Part shown: one piece after another, positions 36,901-44,855 of the stretch
How positions within the stretch are numbered: the stretch's first letter is position 1
Layout: every line of letters begins with the position of its first letter
Assembly (NCBI RefSeq): GCF_006345805.1
Contig: NC_043012.1
Coordinates: 33,170,001-33,234,000 of the forward strand
Length of the DNA stretch: 64,000 nt
From: Octopus sinensis
Taxonomy: Eukaryota
Reading direction: 5' to 3'
Made by a program: the position numbers and the translations under genes
Notes under the pieces: generated by a model
Database searches by the model: none
Seen by the model: only the letters and a program-made list of their open reading frames with translations
Told to the model about the DNA's origin: nothing

Positions 36901-37271
36901 CAAAGTTATCTCCCTTGACATCAATGAAATAATTTTATTTATTGACTAATTGTTGGCTTTTTTATTTATTTGCACAGATGGAAGACGACAATGAATTGTA
37001 TAACCTGATCTTGCTGAATCATCTGATGTCCAGCACTGTTAACAGTTGTTATTACCAACCTTTAGTGAACTTTCTCTTGAATGAGCAAGTGCTTTACCAA
37101 GACTCCTTACTTCCAAGCCATCTTGATATAGATCTTATATGCCAAGAACTTATTGACAATGGTTTCAAAGCAGAAGCAGGTTTGGTTTTGCTCAAGTCTC
37201 ACGGGACCCATCCGATGTTTCAAACTTTTGAGGCAGCTCTCGGTGTTTGCAAACACTGGCTGAAGATGTGA
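892..37271 (+). CDS. NBAS: NBAS (neuroblastoma-amplified sequence, NRZ tethering complex subunit), C-terminal ~1,170 aa; 5' part lies upstream of the window
   Basis: join(892-1004,2246-2325,2683-2775,4202-4320,5480-5567,6420-6803,7854-7983,9316-9392,10614-10908,12230-12296,14700-14810,16361-16611,18795-18913,20073-20168,21567-21680,23771-23865,25446-25608,26966-27108,28046-28141,30141-30249,31448-31534,33416-33549,33986-34115,35789-35917,36978-37271). Total 3517 nt = 1 + 1172 codons including the stop; all phases are compatible and all junctions AG/GT. The peptides follow the vertebrate NBAS C-terminus as I recall it, in order: AIQEELDLI, CHPFY, LAYLLALP, GVDIQRFTED..YK.ETILGLA, WEVYMTHLEFLF, NPW, EAGLVLLKSHGTH..FQTF. 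Confidence 0.95.
1560..2040 (-). mobile_element. Family E repeat, long copy
   Basis: (cat)n tail at left, internal ~60-bp GTGCCACCGGCAC modules; similar minus copies at 8127-8510, 13330-13725, 35186-35605. Confidence 0.8.
2246..2325 (+). CDS. NBAS: NBAS exon 2: (L)RLEKNRLKYVEAALNSRSNSYQLSDK
   Basis: cttcttgcAG / GTAAGT. Confidence 0.9.
2683..2775 (+). CDS. NBAS: NBAS exon 3: LLQLAKLLRVSADDAEIEGQVYKLIAEKALD
   Basis: ctattccAG / GTGAGT; resembles LLGLAELLRV..GQV..LVEQAL. Confidence 0.92.
2880..3176 (+). mobile_element. tRNA-type SINE, family A, with duplicated 3' tail
   Basis: gagctggcagaa (A-box-like), gagttcaaattcc (B-box-like), central gcctttcatcctttc-ggggtcgataaattaagtacc segment; about 10 copies in the window. 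Confidence 0.85.
3295..3510. mobile_element. piggyBac-type MITE (CCCTTTAGCATT family)
   Basis: TTAA on both sides; ends CCCTTGAGCATT...AATGCTGAAGGT; second full copy 38731-38933; partials near 9.6, 12.7 and 24.1 kb. Confidence 0.75.
3843..3884 (+). ncRNA. Minimal type I hammerhead-like motif (family H3, position-6 variant) in a ~150-bp dispersed repeat
   Basis: GUcccuuu-CUGUAGA-a-GAGC guag GCUC-GAA-ACGU-A-aaagAC; second copy on minus at 14494-14533. Confidence 0.5.
4202..4320 (+). CDS. NBAS: NBAS exon 4: AKDYMKAYYACSQLMEKSYPPAWSVCVDLSQNGNCVLGT(R)
   Basis: gttttgcAG / GTAAGA; resembles DYKAA..C.ELM...Y..SW.VC. Confidence 0.92.
4432..4689. repeat. Fold-back palindrome (~93-bp arms) with hammerhead-like motif H2 at 4519-4567 on minus
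   Basis: 4432-4524 is the near-exact reverse complement of 4597-4689. Confidence 0.9.
5156..5429 (-). mobile_element. Non-autonomous Helitron (candidate)
   Basis: On minus: A|TC start at 5429, CTAG|T end at 5156, GC-rich subterminal patch. Confidence 0.5.
5480..5567 (+). CDS. NBAS: NBAS exon 5: IELLEFALTYCDPDQIQSILDAKALIDIQ
   Basis: ttacattgtAG / GTAAAT; FALT.C motif. Confidence 0.92.
6420..6803 (+). CDS. NBAS: NBAS exon 6: MLYDQVCAEF...KWWHH...QACHPFYGEIIENCVVDK
   Basis: cttttacAG / GTATCT; WW and CHPFY motifs. Confidence 0.93.
6941..7180 (+). repeat. 20-bp minisatellite, ~12 units (ACGGATGCGTTCTGCCTCCG)
   Basis: Three identical central units at 7061-7120; divergence increases outward. 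Confidence 0.95.
7854..7983 (+). CDS. NBAS: NBAS exon 7: KIANFETFEHQVP...IVLRTAKLKE...MPATE
   Basis: ttatttgtAG / GTACTT; LRT.KL motif. Confidence 0.92.
8850..9135 (-). mobile_element. CR1-group LINE 3' end
   Basis: Related to 10183-10560, which translates on minus as TRGHAYKVRKQ and has an (ATT)n tail. Confidence 0.65.
9316..9392 (+). CDS. NBAS: NBAS exon 8: (V)LLKLAGATITTDFSLGLAYLLALPN
   Basis: tttttttAG / GTAAGT; LAYLLALP. Confidence 0.94.
9764..10180 (-). mobile_element. RTE-clade LINE 3' fragment with inverted 5' segment
   Basis: Minus 9764-~10045: GWQKRCGGQRKTWLMTVKADLE..RRWNKEW..STHPG* plus (CAAGT)n tail. Plus ~10042-10180: WPMRVEDIKQLESFDHLCLRRIL. Confidence 0.85.
10183..10560 (-). 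mobile_element. CR1-group LINE 3' end with (ATT)n tail
   Basis: Minus translation LVNTHKVINHL..TRGHAYKVRKQ; typical CR1 C-terminus. Confidence 0.7.
10614..10908 (+). CDS. NBAS: NBAS exon 9: IEDADQCFSQLP...LAKYYYSIQLY...QARFLRGLGR
   Basis: gcccttcAG / GTGAGT; LA.YYYS.Q motif. Confidence 0.94.
11345..11645 (-). mobile_element. CR1-group LINE ORF2 C-terminal fragment, related to the 50-53 kb LINE
   Basis: Minus: LWSLYSVRLIPELEAVQRYYTRKI..LSYWERLKEL*LYSLQRRWKRY..KILEGLAPN. Confidence 0.85.
11868..12089. mobile_element. piggyBac-type MITE (CCCTTTTGTTAC family)
   Basis: TTAA|CCCTTTTGTTAC...GTATCGAAAGGG|TTAA; related copies at 30322-30541 and 2551-2640 (partial). Confidence 0.8.
12230..12296 (+). 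CDS. NBAS: NBAS exon 10: (G)VDIQRFTEDNAYKHETILGLA
   Basis: attgtgcAG / GTGAGT. Confidence 0.95.
14700..14810 (+). CDS. NBAS: NBAS exon 11: TTEADVFTIAISLAERYNLSQWEVYMTHLEFLFCES(G)
   Basis: cattttcAG / GTAAGT. Confidence 0.95.
14900..15180 (-). mobile_element. tRNA-type SINE, family B
   Basis: gcttgcttcccaaccacatgg..gggttcagtcccac head; copies near 11.1, 25.7, 27.2, 28.3, 32.2-32.9, 41.9, 55.7-56.2, 60.6 and 63.8 kb. Confidence 0.8.
16361..16611 (+). CDS. NBAS: NBAS exon 12: LNTNILMKRVESA...YVYPFIDGQDHSRLTYYYSLL...KKLRPVAA(G)
   Basis: tatttttcAG / GTATGA; YP.I.G.DH.RL.YY. Confidence 0.95.
17100..17353. mobile_element. hAT (Charlie-like) MITE
   Basis: TIRs CAGTGGTTCTCAAC...GTTGAGAAGCACTG; 8-bp TSD not recoverable. 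Confidence 0.7.
17363..17568 (-). mobile_element. SINE family A with 15-bp TSD
   Basis: GCACTGCTCTGTACC at 17348-17362 and 17569-17583. Confidence 0.9.
18304..18585. repeat. Fold-back palindrome (~130-bp arms) of the H1 repeat, one hammerhead-like motif per arm
   Basis: Arms are near-exact reverse complements; motifs at 18388-18434 (-) and 18456-18502 (+). Confidence 0.92.
18388..18434 (-). ncRNA. Minimal type I hammerhead ribozyme candidate, U3:A8 core (family H1)
   Basis: GUC aaaa CUA-UUGAAAA-g-GUUGC aagac GCAAC-GAA-AAUU-U-UAG GAC; four copies in the window. Confidence 0.65.
18795..18913 (+). CDS. NBAS: NBAS exon 13: (G)LDYKLLMTSEDPLVTVIQPILSKDNVNTIAKLSSRIPCK
   Basis: tatttgtAG / GTTTGT. 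Confidence 0.92.
19614..19836 (+). mobile_element. RTE-clade LINE 3' end with 13-bp TSD
   Basis: TCATAAGTTGCAT at 19601-19613 and 19837-19849; same family as 9764-10045; (CAAGT/CAGT)n tail. Confidence 0.9.
20073..20168 (+). CDS. NBAS: NBAS exon 14: TGGFIRPGMVYSIWAAKSFWRSKETRSKLSGD
   Basis: ttcacttcAG / GTAAGT; Y.IW..K.FW. Confidence 0.92.
20495..21014 (+). mobile_element. Family E repeat, long copy
   Basis: Starts aagacctgttgaggcaagtg, several internal modules, (GAT)n tail; + copies also near 5.96, 12.8, 15.3, 19.5, 23.2, 25.1, 26.4, 27.6, 28.4, 29.7, 30.55 and 32.2 kb. Confidence 0.85.
21567..21680 (+). CDS. NBAS: NBAS exon 15: AYWLQQYDDCLEFTQKMIPAEFLTFVESITFVLASREK
   Basis: ctttgtgcAG / GTCACT; W...YD.C. 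Confidence 0.9.
22259..22491 (-). mobile_element. Full-length SINE family A with 16-bp TSD
   Basis: AAGAATGTTTTATATA at 22243-22258 and 22492-22507. Confidence 0.92.
23771..23865 (+). CDS. NBAS: NBAS exon 16: LTLNCRENILKKALKYCHQDEGKKKKKQDDS(K)
   Basis: atttcacAG / GTAAGG. Confidence 0.88.
25446..25608 (+). CDS. NBAS: NBAS exon 17: CDVTWIMAADTIEGYLEHL...KQYAKQFDLSMGNIEQ
   Basis: ttttctAG / GTAAGT; HL and DLS motifs. Confidence 0.9.
26966..27108 (+). CDS. NBAS: NBAS exon 18: IKKLHIQILVDGHPLELIDEIL...VVQNALVYTTEYI
   Basis: ttttccAG / GTGAGT; DG.PL..I. Confidence 0.9.
28046..28141 (+). CDS. NBAS: NBAS exon 19: (C)DKTCHSDIFDKLDGISVIEGIIQNVLSHQEM(G)
   Basis: ttgtttcAG / GTAAGT; phases fit both neighbours. 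Confidence 0.88.
28620..28972 (+). mobile_element. SINE family D (another copy at 29150-29465)
   Basis: gaagacgcatggatcagtggtt..gagttcgatccc head; reverse complement of 37-380. Confidence 0.8.
30141..30249 (+). CDS. NBAS: NBAS exon 20: GQLVTADEVLMQVLPFCSDTSIAVQPRLGLLATLEK
   Basis: gtatttttAG / GTAAAT; PFC.D...V.PR. Confidence 0.93.
31448..31534 (+). CDS. NBAS: NBAS exon 21: NFKLKPEDVKLLLFYRTSAIIEESWPNHK
   Basis: cattatcAG / GTACTG; ED.KLL.F.RT.AI...SWP. Confidence 0.93.
33024..33352 (-). mobile_element. Non-autonomous Helitron
   Basis: On minus: A|TC start, (TGTC)/(TG)n near the 5' end, GC-rich subterminal segment, CTAG|T end, inserted between A and T. Confidence 0.7.
33416..33549 (+). CDS. 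NBAS: NBAS exon 22: ITDDEIQSDESRHKLFTNLLSSS...LLKMWPAFEC
   Basis: tctcacAG / GTAAGT. Confidence 0.92.
33986..34115 (+). CDS. NBAS: NBAS exon 23: (S)NQNNASDNPWIQLVTSM...AALSEE; acceptor may be 33983 (NAGNAG)
   Basis: NPW motif; GTAATG donor; only the AAG (33980-82) and CAG (33983-85) acceptors give the needed phase without including the in-frame TGA at 33978-33980. Confidence 0.82.
35789..35917 (+). CDS. NBAS: NBAS exon 24: CVKYIVDQLLSKNYVVAAVKTALLSPYSHLHKSTIEHLQALKE
   Basis: ttttacAG / GTAATA. Confidence 0.9.
35957..36255. repeat. Fold-back element (~67-bp arms) with canonical-core hammerhead-like motif H4 at 36077-36121 on minus
   Basis: 35957-36023 versus 36189-36255 inverted; starts 40 bp after the exon 24 donor. 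Confidence 0.88.
36978..37271 (+). CDS. NBAS: NBAS terminal coding exon: MEDDNELYNLILL...GTHPMFQTFEAALGVCKHWLKM*
   Basis: ttgcacAG acceptor; matches the NBAS C-terminus (EAG.LL..RGTH..F.TF..AL....HW); stop TGA. Confidence 0.95.
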   Translation: MEDDNELYNLILLNHLMSSTVNSCYYQPLVNFLLNEQVLYQDSLLPSHLDIDLICQELIDNGFKAEAGLVLLKSHGTHPMFQTFEAALGVCKHWLKM

Positions 37272-39200
37272 TCTGATTAGTTTATTTATTGATACTCTAC
37301 AATCCGCAAACGATAAAAGAAAGATAAACAAACAGAAACCCAACTAATTAACATATCAAATGAGGCAGTGTTAATGAAATGCTGCTGTAATGTCTGTGTT
37401 TGAACAGAGCAGTTTGTCAGCAAAAGTGGTCAAAATGATTATTATTAAATAATTATAATTAAATCTAATTGTAATTGTGTATACTGAGAAGTTTGGAAAT
37501 ACTGGAAAGGATTGTCTCTTCTAGTGGAAGCTAAAGATAATGTTGTTTGTAGCCTGATGGTTTTATTCCTGCTGATCATGATGGATATATCTACAACTGC
37601 TATTAAAGTTTGAAGTCTTGGGTATCTATTGTTTGGGTGGCCTTGATGTTGGCAAAGAAAATGAAGTCTTTGATTGCTAATGGAAAGTGATGACAGGTTT
37701 TCTTATATTTGGAAGCTGAAAAACGTATCTCTGAATTGTCTAGACAGTTTTGTTCCTGCCAATCTTGGCAAAGCCCTTAACTGCTGTTTGAAGGTTAGCA
37801 TTTTTGGCTGACCATATTGTTAATAGTCAATTTAACCTAATTAATTAATAGCCTTAGTAAGAATATGACTTTCTACAATTTTGTAAATCATATTTTTTCA
37901 TTTTACACTGATTATATAAACCTGTGATACCTCATATTCTGCTAAAAGAATGCAGCATTATCACTGATAAACACCTGAGTTTATCATATTATTATTCTTT
38001 CCCATTGATTAAGTAGTAGATCATAATTAGTGCTCAATGCAGTGTTTGTACAAACAAAAGTGTGTGTATGTACTCACATTTTTATATACCTGTAAAATGA
38101 TACTCGTTCTTATTACACCAGTGTAATAATTCTGTTTCTCAAATTAACCTGAATCAAAGTTCTCATATCTAAAACGGTTTTTAATTAGTTCCTTTCTTTT
38201 AATGTTTACTCTCTTTCTAACTCATCTGATTTCTTTGCACCTGCACCACTAACACTAATCAGGCCAACACTGCCTCTCTACTCATCCTTTTATGTGAAAT
38301 GGTGTAATAGGGATCTGGCTGTTAAACCTGTGTGGACCTAACAAATCTGATTGGGTTGGCAGTGAACTGTCTTTTTTTTTTAAATATATGTTCCCATGGA
38401 ATCATTTCACTACAAAAATTAAATTATTCTCTTGTATTCATAAAACAATACCACAAATTATTTCATTGTAAAAATGTCTAGTCAATTATTAAAGATGATT
38501 GTAACAGCTTTCAATTGTTATTTGTTTGTGCGAATCATTTCTGAGGTGGATAAATTTCAGGCAGCTTCTACATATGTTGGTAACAAAGGGTTTCTCTTTC
38601 TGTGGACATTGAAAGAAGTGTAGATCTGCAGCTGCTTAGAGTTATGATCCTCTGTGCAAAGTTAACCTTATGTTGCTAGAGTAAAGAGGAGTGGGAACGT
38701 TTAAAGCAACGACAGGCTCTTGCAGTTTAATCCTTTAGCATTTAAACTGGCCATATCAGGCAAAAATATTCTGTTTTATATTCGTATAGGCTAAATCTGG
38801 CCTCTCATGTCATTCTAAAAATATACAATCACATCATCAAAGTCTTGAAGCTACAAGATAATGCATGATTCATTCAGAGCAATGTGAAGAAATAAGCAAT
38901 TACATTTGAGAGGGTAATTTGAATGCTGAAGGGTTAAAAATCAGCTTGAACTTCTGTAGATTTGATGCCTGTTAGGAAAGAAAGATTAGAAGTGTTTGAT
39001 ATGTGTGACAATAGGAATATCAGCAGACATGGAGGTGTATCACGTGCTCTCGGATGGAAGCGTTACACAGCTTGTTGGTTTAGATAAGGAAAAAAATGTA
39101 GAAGAGAGAGAGAAAGAGAATACATAGACATTGGATAAAGGTTTATAAATCAAATGGATGAGATTGAGTGTATATCACTTGCACTATCTCTGATGTATGA

Positions 39201-40163
39201 CTAGTACTTGAATGAGTGTGGCACCTGTGCCTTGATGATAGGTAACTGAACACAGCTGAAGCAGATTCTGGCTCTGAAGAGAAAATATAGCTTCTGGGTA
39301 ATGGTTTTGGTTATGTTGATAGAAATATGATCACTGTAGAATATCATTAGTTGTAAGACTTTATCTGTAAAGATTATGAAAATCTTTGTATGTTCATGAG
39401 TGTGGGTGCTTTTAGATTGTGTAGGAGGATGACAGGGCAACCGACTTTTAAGTGAAGTTCATAGAGAGGGAGTTCTGGAGGATCTTGGGAGTTGGGAAAT
39501 TCAGTTGGAAAGTGTGTAACCTGATCGAGGTCGGTAATGGTGTCAACTGATCTGTAACAACGTTCTTGAGAAGGTGGCTTACTGAGTAAGTCGTAGTTAA
39601 GAGTGTTGACAGCTGCATTTGTAGGTGCAAGAACAGCCCTGTCACGAAGCCAATCTGGTTTGGCGGTTTGCAGTGAATGGACTTTGTAAAAACTATAACT
39701 GTCACAACTAAGTATGCGTAAAAACATATGTATAGTATGGATTAATTCAAATTACATGGCAACGTGAAGGAAGTGCTAATATGCAAATATGGTCGGTCTA
39801 CAGTGAATGAGCATTACAAAGATTTATGGTCGGTCACACACACGTACACATATTCCAGTGTAAGGGAGACAACCAATTTCTGGCTTACTTCGCAAAGAAT
39901 TACCTCCCTTGCCCTCTGTAGAAGGTTTTTCTGAGCTTCCGAACCTAGAAGCTCCATAACACCATATTACTTCATAAGTGAAAATCCTAAAGAGTGTACA
40001 ACCATTTGTGGAATATAAGTGATGTATTTGCCAAGCATGAACGAAATCGGATGAAAAATATTGATTTTACGTGGGATCAAGCTAATGGTCTCACACACAC
40101 AGACACACACGCACATCTTCCGTCTTATATACATATATTACTTACAGTTCTGTATTTAAGAGA
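39201..40163 (-). mobile_element. Internally deleted Helitron with a PIF1-type helicase fragment (~39400-39690)
   Basis: DWLRDRAVLAPTNAAVNTLN..RSVDT..FPTEFPNS..LHLKVGCPVILLHNL is the Helitron helicase signature; candidate CTAG end at 39201-39204 with GGCAC-ct-GTGCC hairpin; 5' end uncertain. Confidence 0.75.
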
Positions 40164-40200
40164 TGAGGAATTATTTACATTATTTACATTTAGTTTCTCC

Positions 40201-40460
40201 CTAATGGAGAGTATGACTGTCAAGTATATTTTTGCTAATTCGTCCTAAATCCGATTTGGTGGGACAGATGAGTCTAATAGAGGGTTTGGTTAAGAAGTCT
40301 GGTTTATGGTCCTTAAGATTGAAGTGTGGTATTCTCGGGTTGTAGGGCTCGGTCCGATCGTCGACTTCGAGTGTATTTACAAGTTTGCATTGGGGTATTG
40401 ATGGTGTCCAGTGCTGATTGTGGGACCGTCCTATAGGATTTGTGTAGCTCGCACAACACT
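40201..40460 (-). pseudogene. Penelope-like element RT N-terminal fragment
   Basis: LEVDDR..FNLKDHKPDF..IRLICPTKSDLGRISKNILD. Confidence 0.85.
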
Positions 40461-40534
40461 CCACCTACGAGCACTAATACTTGTATTAGACCTTCCAACT
40501 CTCCAACAGACACTAGGAATTACACCTCTCCTAA

Positions 40535-40960
40535 TAAAAGCGGTGGGAGATCTATTCTCTGGTATACATTTCCATTCGCTTTAAACGATAAGGGCCTCTT
40601 TAAACGTTAAGGTTTTCTTTAGAAAATTAGGGTCTAATTTCCCACGTAACCATAAGTATCATTCTATCTTTAACAGATCCACTTTGAAATTATCCTATTC
40701 ATCTACACCAAATGTAGAATCTATAATCACCTCATCTAATAAACGTAAACTTAGCTCCTACTACATACAACCCTACCATAGACCTATACAATGGAAGTAC
40801 TAACACCGATCGCAATAACATATCTAACACCCATTGCCGGACCACTTTAAGCAACTTAAACATACATAATATAATTCCCACATCTGAGGGTAACAGGCGC
40901 ACACCTGAAACCGACGCCAACACTAATAAGCACACTGATACTAACAATACTGATTACATT
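40535..40960 (+). pseudogene. Penelope-like element post-RT fragment, opposite strand to the preceding piece
   Basis: RSILWY..(fs)..PRNHKYHSIFNRSTLKLSYSSTPNVESIITSSNKRKL. Confidence 0.8.
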
Positions 40961-41788
40961 ATAACTCACTAAAACTATTTATATCTGACAATCTCTTTTG
41001 TGTTTCCTGTGACAGACAATTGCTTTCTCGTGTTACTGGACAGTTCCAATACTCTGCCATTGAACATCAAAATTTTGTGCATTCCAATTTATATTTCTTG
41101 CAGTAATTTTTCCATTTGACTTGTCAGATTTTTGTACCATATCTTGTTGGTTGCGATCAGTTACCATCTTTGCTCTTTCTTGTGCCTGCTCCAATTATTC
41201 TGTTTTCGCACTTCCGCACTCAGGGGTGGGGGAGCCCTTTGTAGCGGCACAAGCAGTCAGCGCCGTATTGGATGAGATCTCGCGGCAGCCATTGCCATCT
41301 CCGAGACTGGAGCGAGACCTCATCTGCATCCATTTGCCATGCGCGAGATCACAACGAGGCTTGCGATAGAAACGATGTAGACGGAAAACTGATTCAGTCC
41401 TGTCTCTCCTTCGACGCCATTACACAGCAGCACTGGGTGAACACCACCACTGGCAGAGCTTTCTGGCTGTCTATCTGCAGAGGCAATGCGCCCGCACTAT
41501 TCGGAGCTTAAGATGGTAGTGGAGAGCAGCACACTTCACCTTTCCTGTAAATAACCCAGTTGTAAATAGCAGTTTTACTTGAAGTCTTTTCTCTTCGCCT
41601 GCCGGAAGCCTAAACTACAAGAAGAACAAGAAGAAGAATGATGGAAAGAAATGATATTCCTCCGATATCATAAACCTTGCTTTCCATTATTAAATATATA
41701 TATATATATATATATATTGGTAAAACGGTAAGATAACGAAAGAAAGAATGAGACCTCAATATTATGTAAATAGAGGAAATTTATCTAC

Positions 41789-41857
41789 ACAATAATATGT
41801 TACATTACTCAATAGTCAAGATAATCTTGACTATTGAGTAATGTAACATATTATTGT
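41789..41857. repeat. Perfect palindrome, 34-bp arms with 1-nt spacer
   Basis: ACAATAATATGTTACATTACTCAATAGTCAAGAT-A-reverse complement. Confidence 0.97.
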
Positions 41858-42179
41858 ATATATATATATAATGGTTTTCTTTCAGTTTTCGTCTACCACA
41901 TCCACTCACAAGGCTTTGGTCAGCCCGAAGTTATAGTGGAAGATACTTACTCAAGGTACCATGTGGTTTGAACCCGGAACCATGTGGTTGGGAAGCAAGC
42001 TTCCTACCACACAGCTACGCTGCGCCAATGGTCAGATTATAAGGAAGAGAGTTCTAAACAGACTAAAAAATAAAATGCAGAATAAAGTAAAATAAAGCAT
42101 TTAGAGATAATAAAACGATGAGGAAGTTCAGACTGACCCCTTCAGTACTTATCAATCGTTTCCTGGTCTCTTTTAAGGT

Positions 42180-42676
42180 AATTTAGATCCTTAAAAAAGG
42201 CAAGAAAACAGTTGATAAGCACTGAAACGGTCAATAATCTGTGACCAGGTGGACAAATTAAACGCAGTGACCCACCAGAAGTACCTTAGAGCATGCTAAT
42301 CACATGGGCATTCTCTTTCATCAGGACAAGTGTCATACTGCACACGTGACATGTATTATTGGGGCTTGGCTGGGAAGTTTCGCTTCACCCTCCATATTCG
42401 CCCGCCTTTGTGCCTCCAGATTTCCACCAGTTTCAGTCTCTTCACAATTTGTTGAATAGACAAGGTGAAGAAGGTGTAAAAGTTCACCTGAAAGAGTTCT
42501 GCCAGTAAAGACAGGAAATTCTTTGAGCAGGAAATAATGGATCTGCCGGCAAGATGGCAGAAGATCCTGAAACTAACAGAAAATTATATCTTTGATTGAA
42601 TAAATCGCAATGTTTAAAACTTATGTTTATTTTCCCTTAAAAAATAAACTGAGGGAACTTTTTACCCAACCTAATA
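42180..42676 (+). mobile_element. mariner transposase 3' relic with right TIR
   Basis: LGWEVSLHPPYSP..PPDFH..F; ..LPARWQKI; TIR actttttacccaacctaa followed by TA. Confidence 0.9.
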
Positions 42677-42799
42677 TATATATAATCCCTCACAAAAATA
42701 GAATGTTAGTTATGGAAACTATACTCGCAGTGCAAAATCAAAATCAACAGGCACTCTTATCGACCTCATAACTTCGCTTTCTGCCGTTTAAGATGTCGG

Positions 42800-42936
42800 C
42801 ATTGATACGTCAACGACGATAATCCTCATATGACGTCATTTCTCACTTCACAATTCGGAATATGCTCCATCGTCTCTGCATGTTCATAAATTTCTTTTCC
42901 GGCTTTCCCACAGGTTGCATTCGCTAAGCGTAAGTA
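42800..42936 (+). promoter_or_regulatory. CpG-rich segment with a CRE site and a possible exon boundary
   Basis: TGACGTCA at 42831-42838; pyrimidine tract plus CAG at 42911-42913; GTAAGT at 42930. Confidence 0.3.
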
Positions 42937-43685
42937 ATTTTTATAAAATTTATTTTCTTAGCCATTTGAATAATGATTCAACCTGCCAGAAATAGCGACC
43001 CAATTTCTTCAAATCACATCCTATCACGAAGGAAATATTTGACATTATCTTACCAAAAAAAAAAAAAAAAAGATCTGGAGCTTCACATTGTAACACATTT
43101 CATAATAAGCCCGACAAAATATTGCATTTAGTCGTAAGATGGGTCACTGTTGGAAGGCTTTTGACAGAGGGTCCGCTCTATCATGTTTGACCCGTAGCGA
43201 AGCATCAACATCAAAACAACAACGCTGAAAATTATTTTTGACCTCAGTTTTTGACTGTTGTTCTGCATTGTTGTTGTTGCTATTTAACCTCAAGGCGGCC
43301 CTGATCCATCAAACCCACGATCTGAAGCCAAGATCATCACGAGGATTTTCAGGAGTAGTGTAACTCTCTTATTTTTTAAATGGTAGAGTGTGGTTGGAAA
43401 GAGATTCCGTCACTATTCCTAACTGGTCTAGCGACCACGCGGCGGCTTTGGCATTTATTTATAACATTCTCTGCATTTTTGTACTCTTTGTTGTTTGTTT
43501 CTCTTATTTTACGACAGCCAGAGAAAAGGGGCTGTTTTTATGACCTTTACAGGCCTCTCGACACTGGCGAAATTGATTAATTAGTATTGAACTCGAAAAT
43601 GTGTAGTTGTTGCTGTTATTGTTTATTTCTAGGTCAGCTCTGATCCTGTAAATCTTTGATCAAAAAATTTCAAACCGTGACCATC

Positions 43686-44130
43686 AAGGAAGAAAATGGA
43701 GAAGATATTCAATTGACAAACATCTGCAAGTTCTATATAATGAATTACAATCATAGGAATAAATAAATAAATAAATAGATAAATGAATGCAACTCTAGTC
43801 TTGCAGCTGTTCCTACTGTGGGGGTCCAGCATGCTAAAGTTGACACATCATGCAAGAATTATACAAAAATCGAACCCAAAGCTTCATCGGAGAGTACCCG
43901 AAAGACCATCATGGACTCTCTGATGAAGCTTTGGCGTTCAGTTTTTGAATAATTGTTGTATGATGTGTCAACTTTGGCATGCTGGATTCCCAAAGTAGAA
44001 ACGTCTATAAGAGTAGAGTTGTATTAATTAATTAATTAATTTATTTATTTATTCCTATGATTATAATTAATAAATAGATCTTGCTGATGTTTGTCAATTG
44101 AATCTCTTCTCCATTTTCTTCTTTGCCTTA
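43686..44130. mobile_element. Fold-back / MITE-like element (~215-bp diverged arms, 19-bp loop)
   Basis: Arms pair across their length by eye; loop at 43896-43914. Confidence 0.85.
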
Positions 44131-44298
44131 TAAATTCTGGATAAACGTTTATTTATCTCCACTTATACCTATTATTCAATTGTACTATTGCCATGCAACA
44201 TTAAGCGTTTGGATATAAATAGGTATATATCCAGTAGTATATTGGATATTTATTATCCCTTAGATGGTTGTCTAACCTCTGACTAATATTTATGTAAT

Positions 44299-44339
<41 letters not shown>

Positions 44340-44855
44340 TAATCGAAAAAAATTCTACACGATGAACTTTTATCTTATCTTATATATTATATATTTATAT
44401 GTTTCCTATAAATAATTTACAATATAAGGGCAAAAGAAAAATTCTAATGCCAAATATGCCGAAGAAAAGATAAAAATTGTCAATTAACCATTATAATTTA
44501 TGCGTCGCGAAACAAACCGATAGAAATTTCTAAAAAATTCATTATTACCGTATTGGACCAATTTTGGAGTTAATTCATAAGAATTTTCTCCTCTTCAGCG
44601 GCAAATACGCGAGATATAAGTGAAATACTTACTCATACCCATGGAAAAAGCAAACACCATATATATGTTTCCTATATATATGTATTTTTATATTTTTATA
44701 TATCTATTTATTTATATATGTATATATTTCTTTATATTTTTATATATTTATTATTCTAGATGTTATAATGTTAAAATGTATATTTTTAGTCGCTAAAGTA
44801 TTAATTTTTAATCGCGATAGACTCTACTCACACATTTCTCTTATATGTTTGTATA

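Noticed and set aside
37687-37735. C/D snoRNA (GTGATGA...CTGA)
   Set aside because: Too short and lacks a terminal stem.
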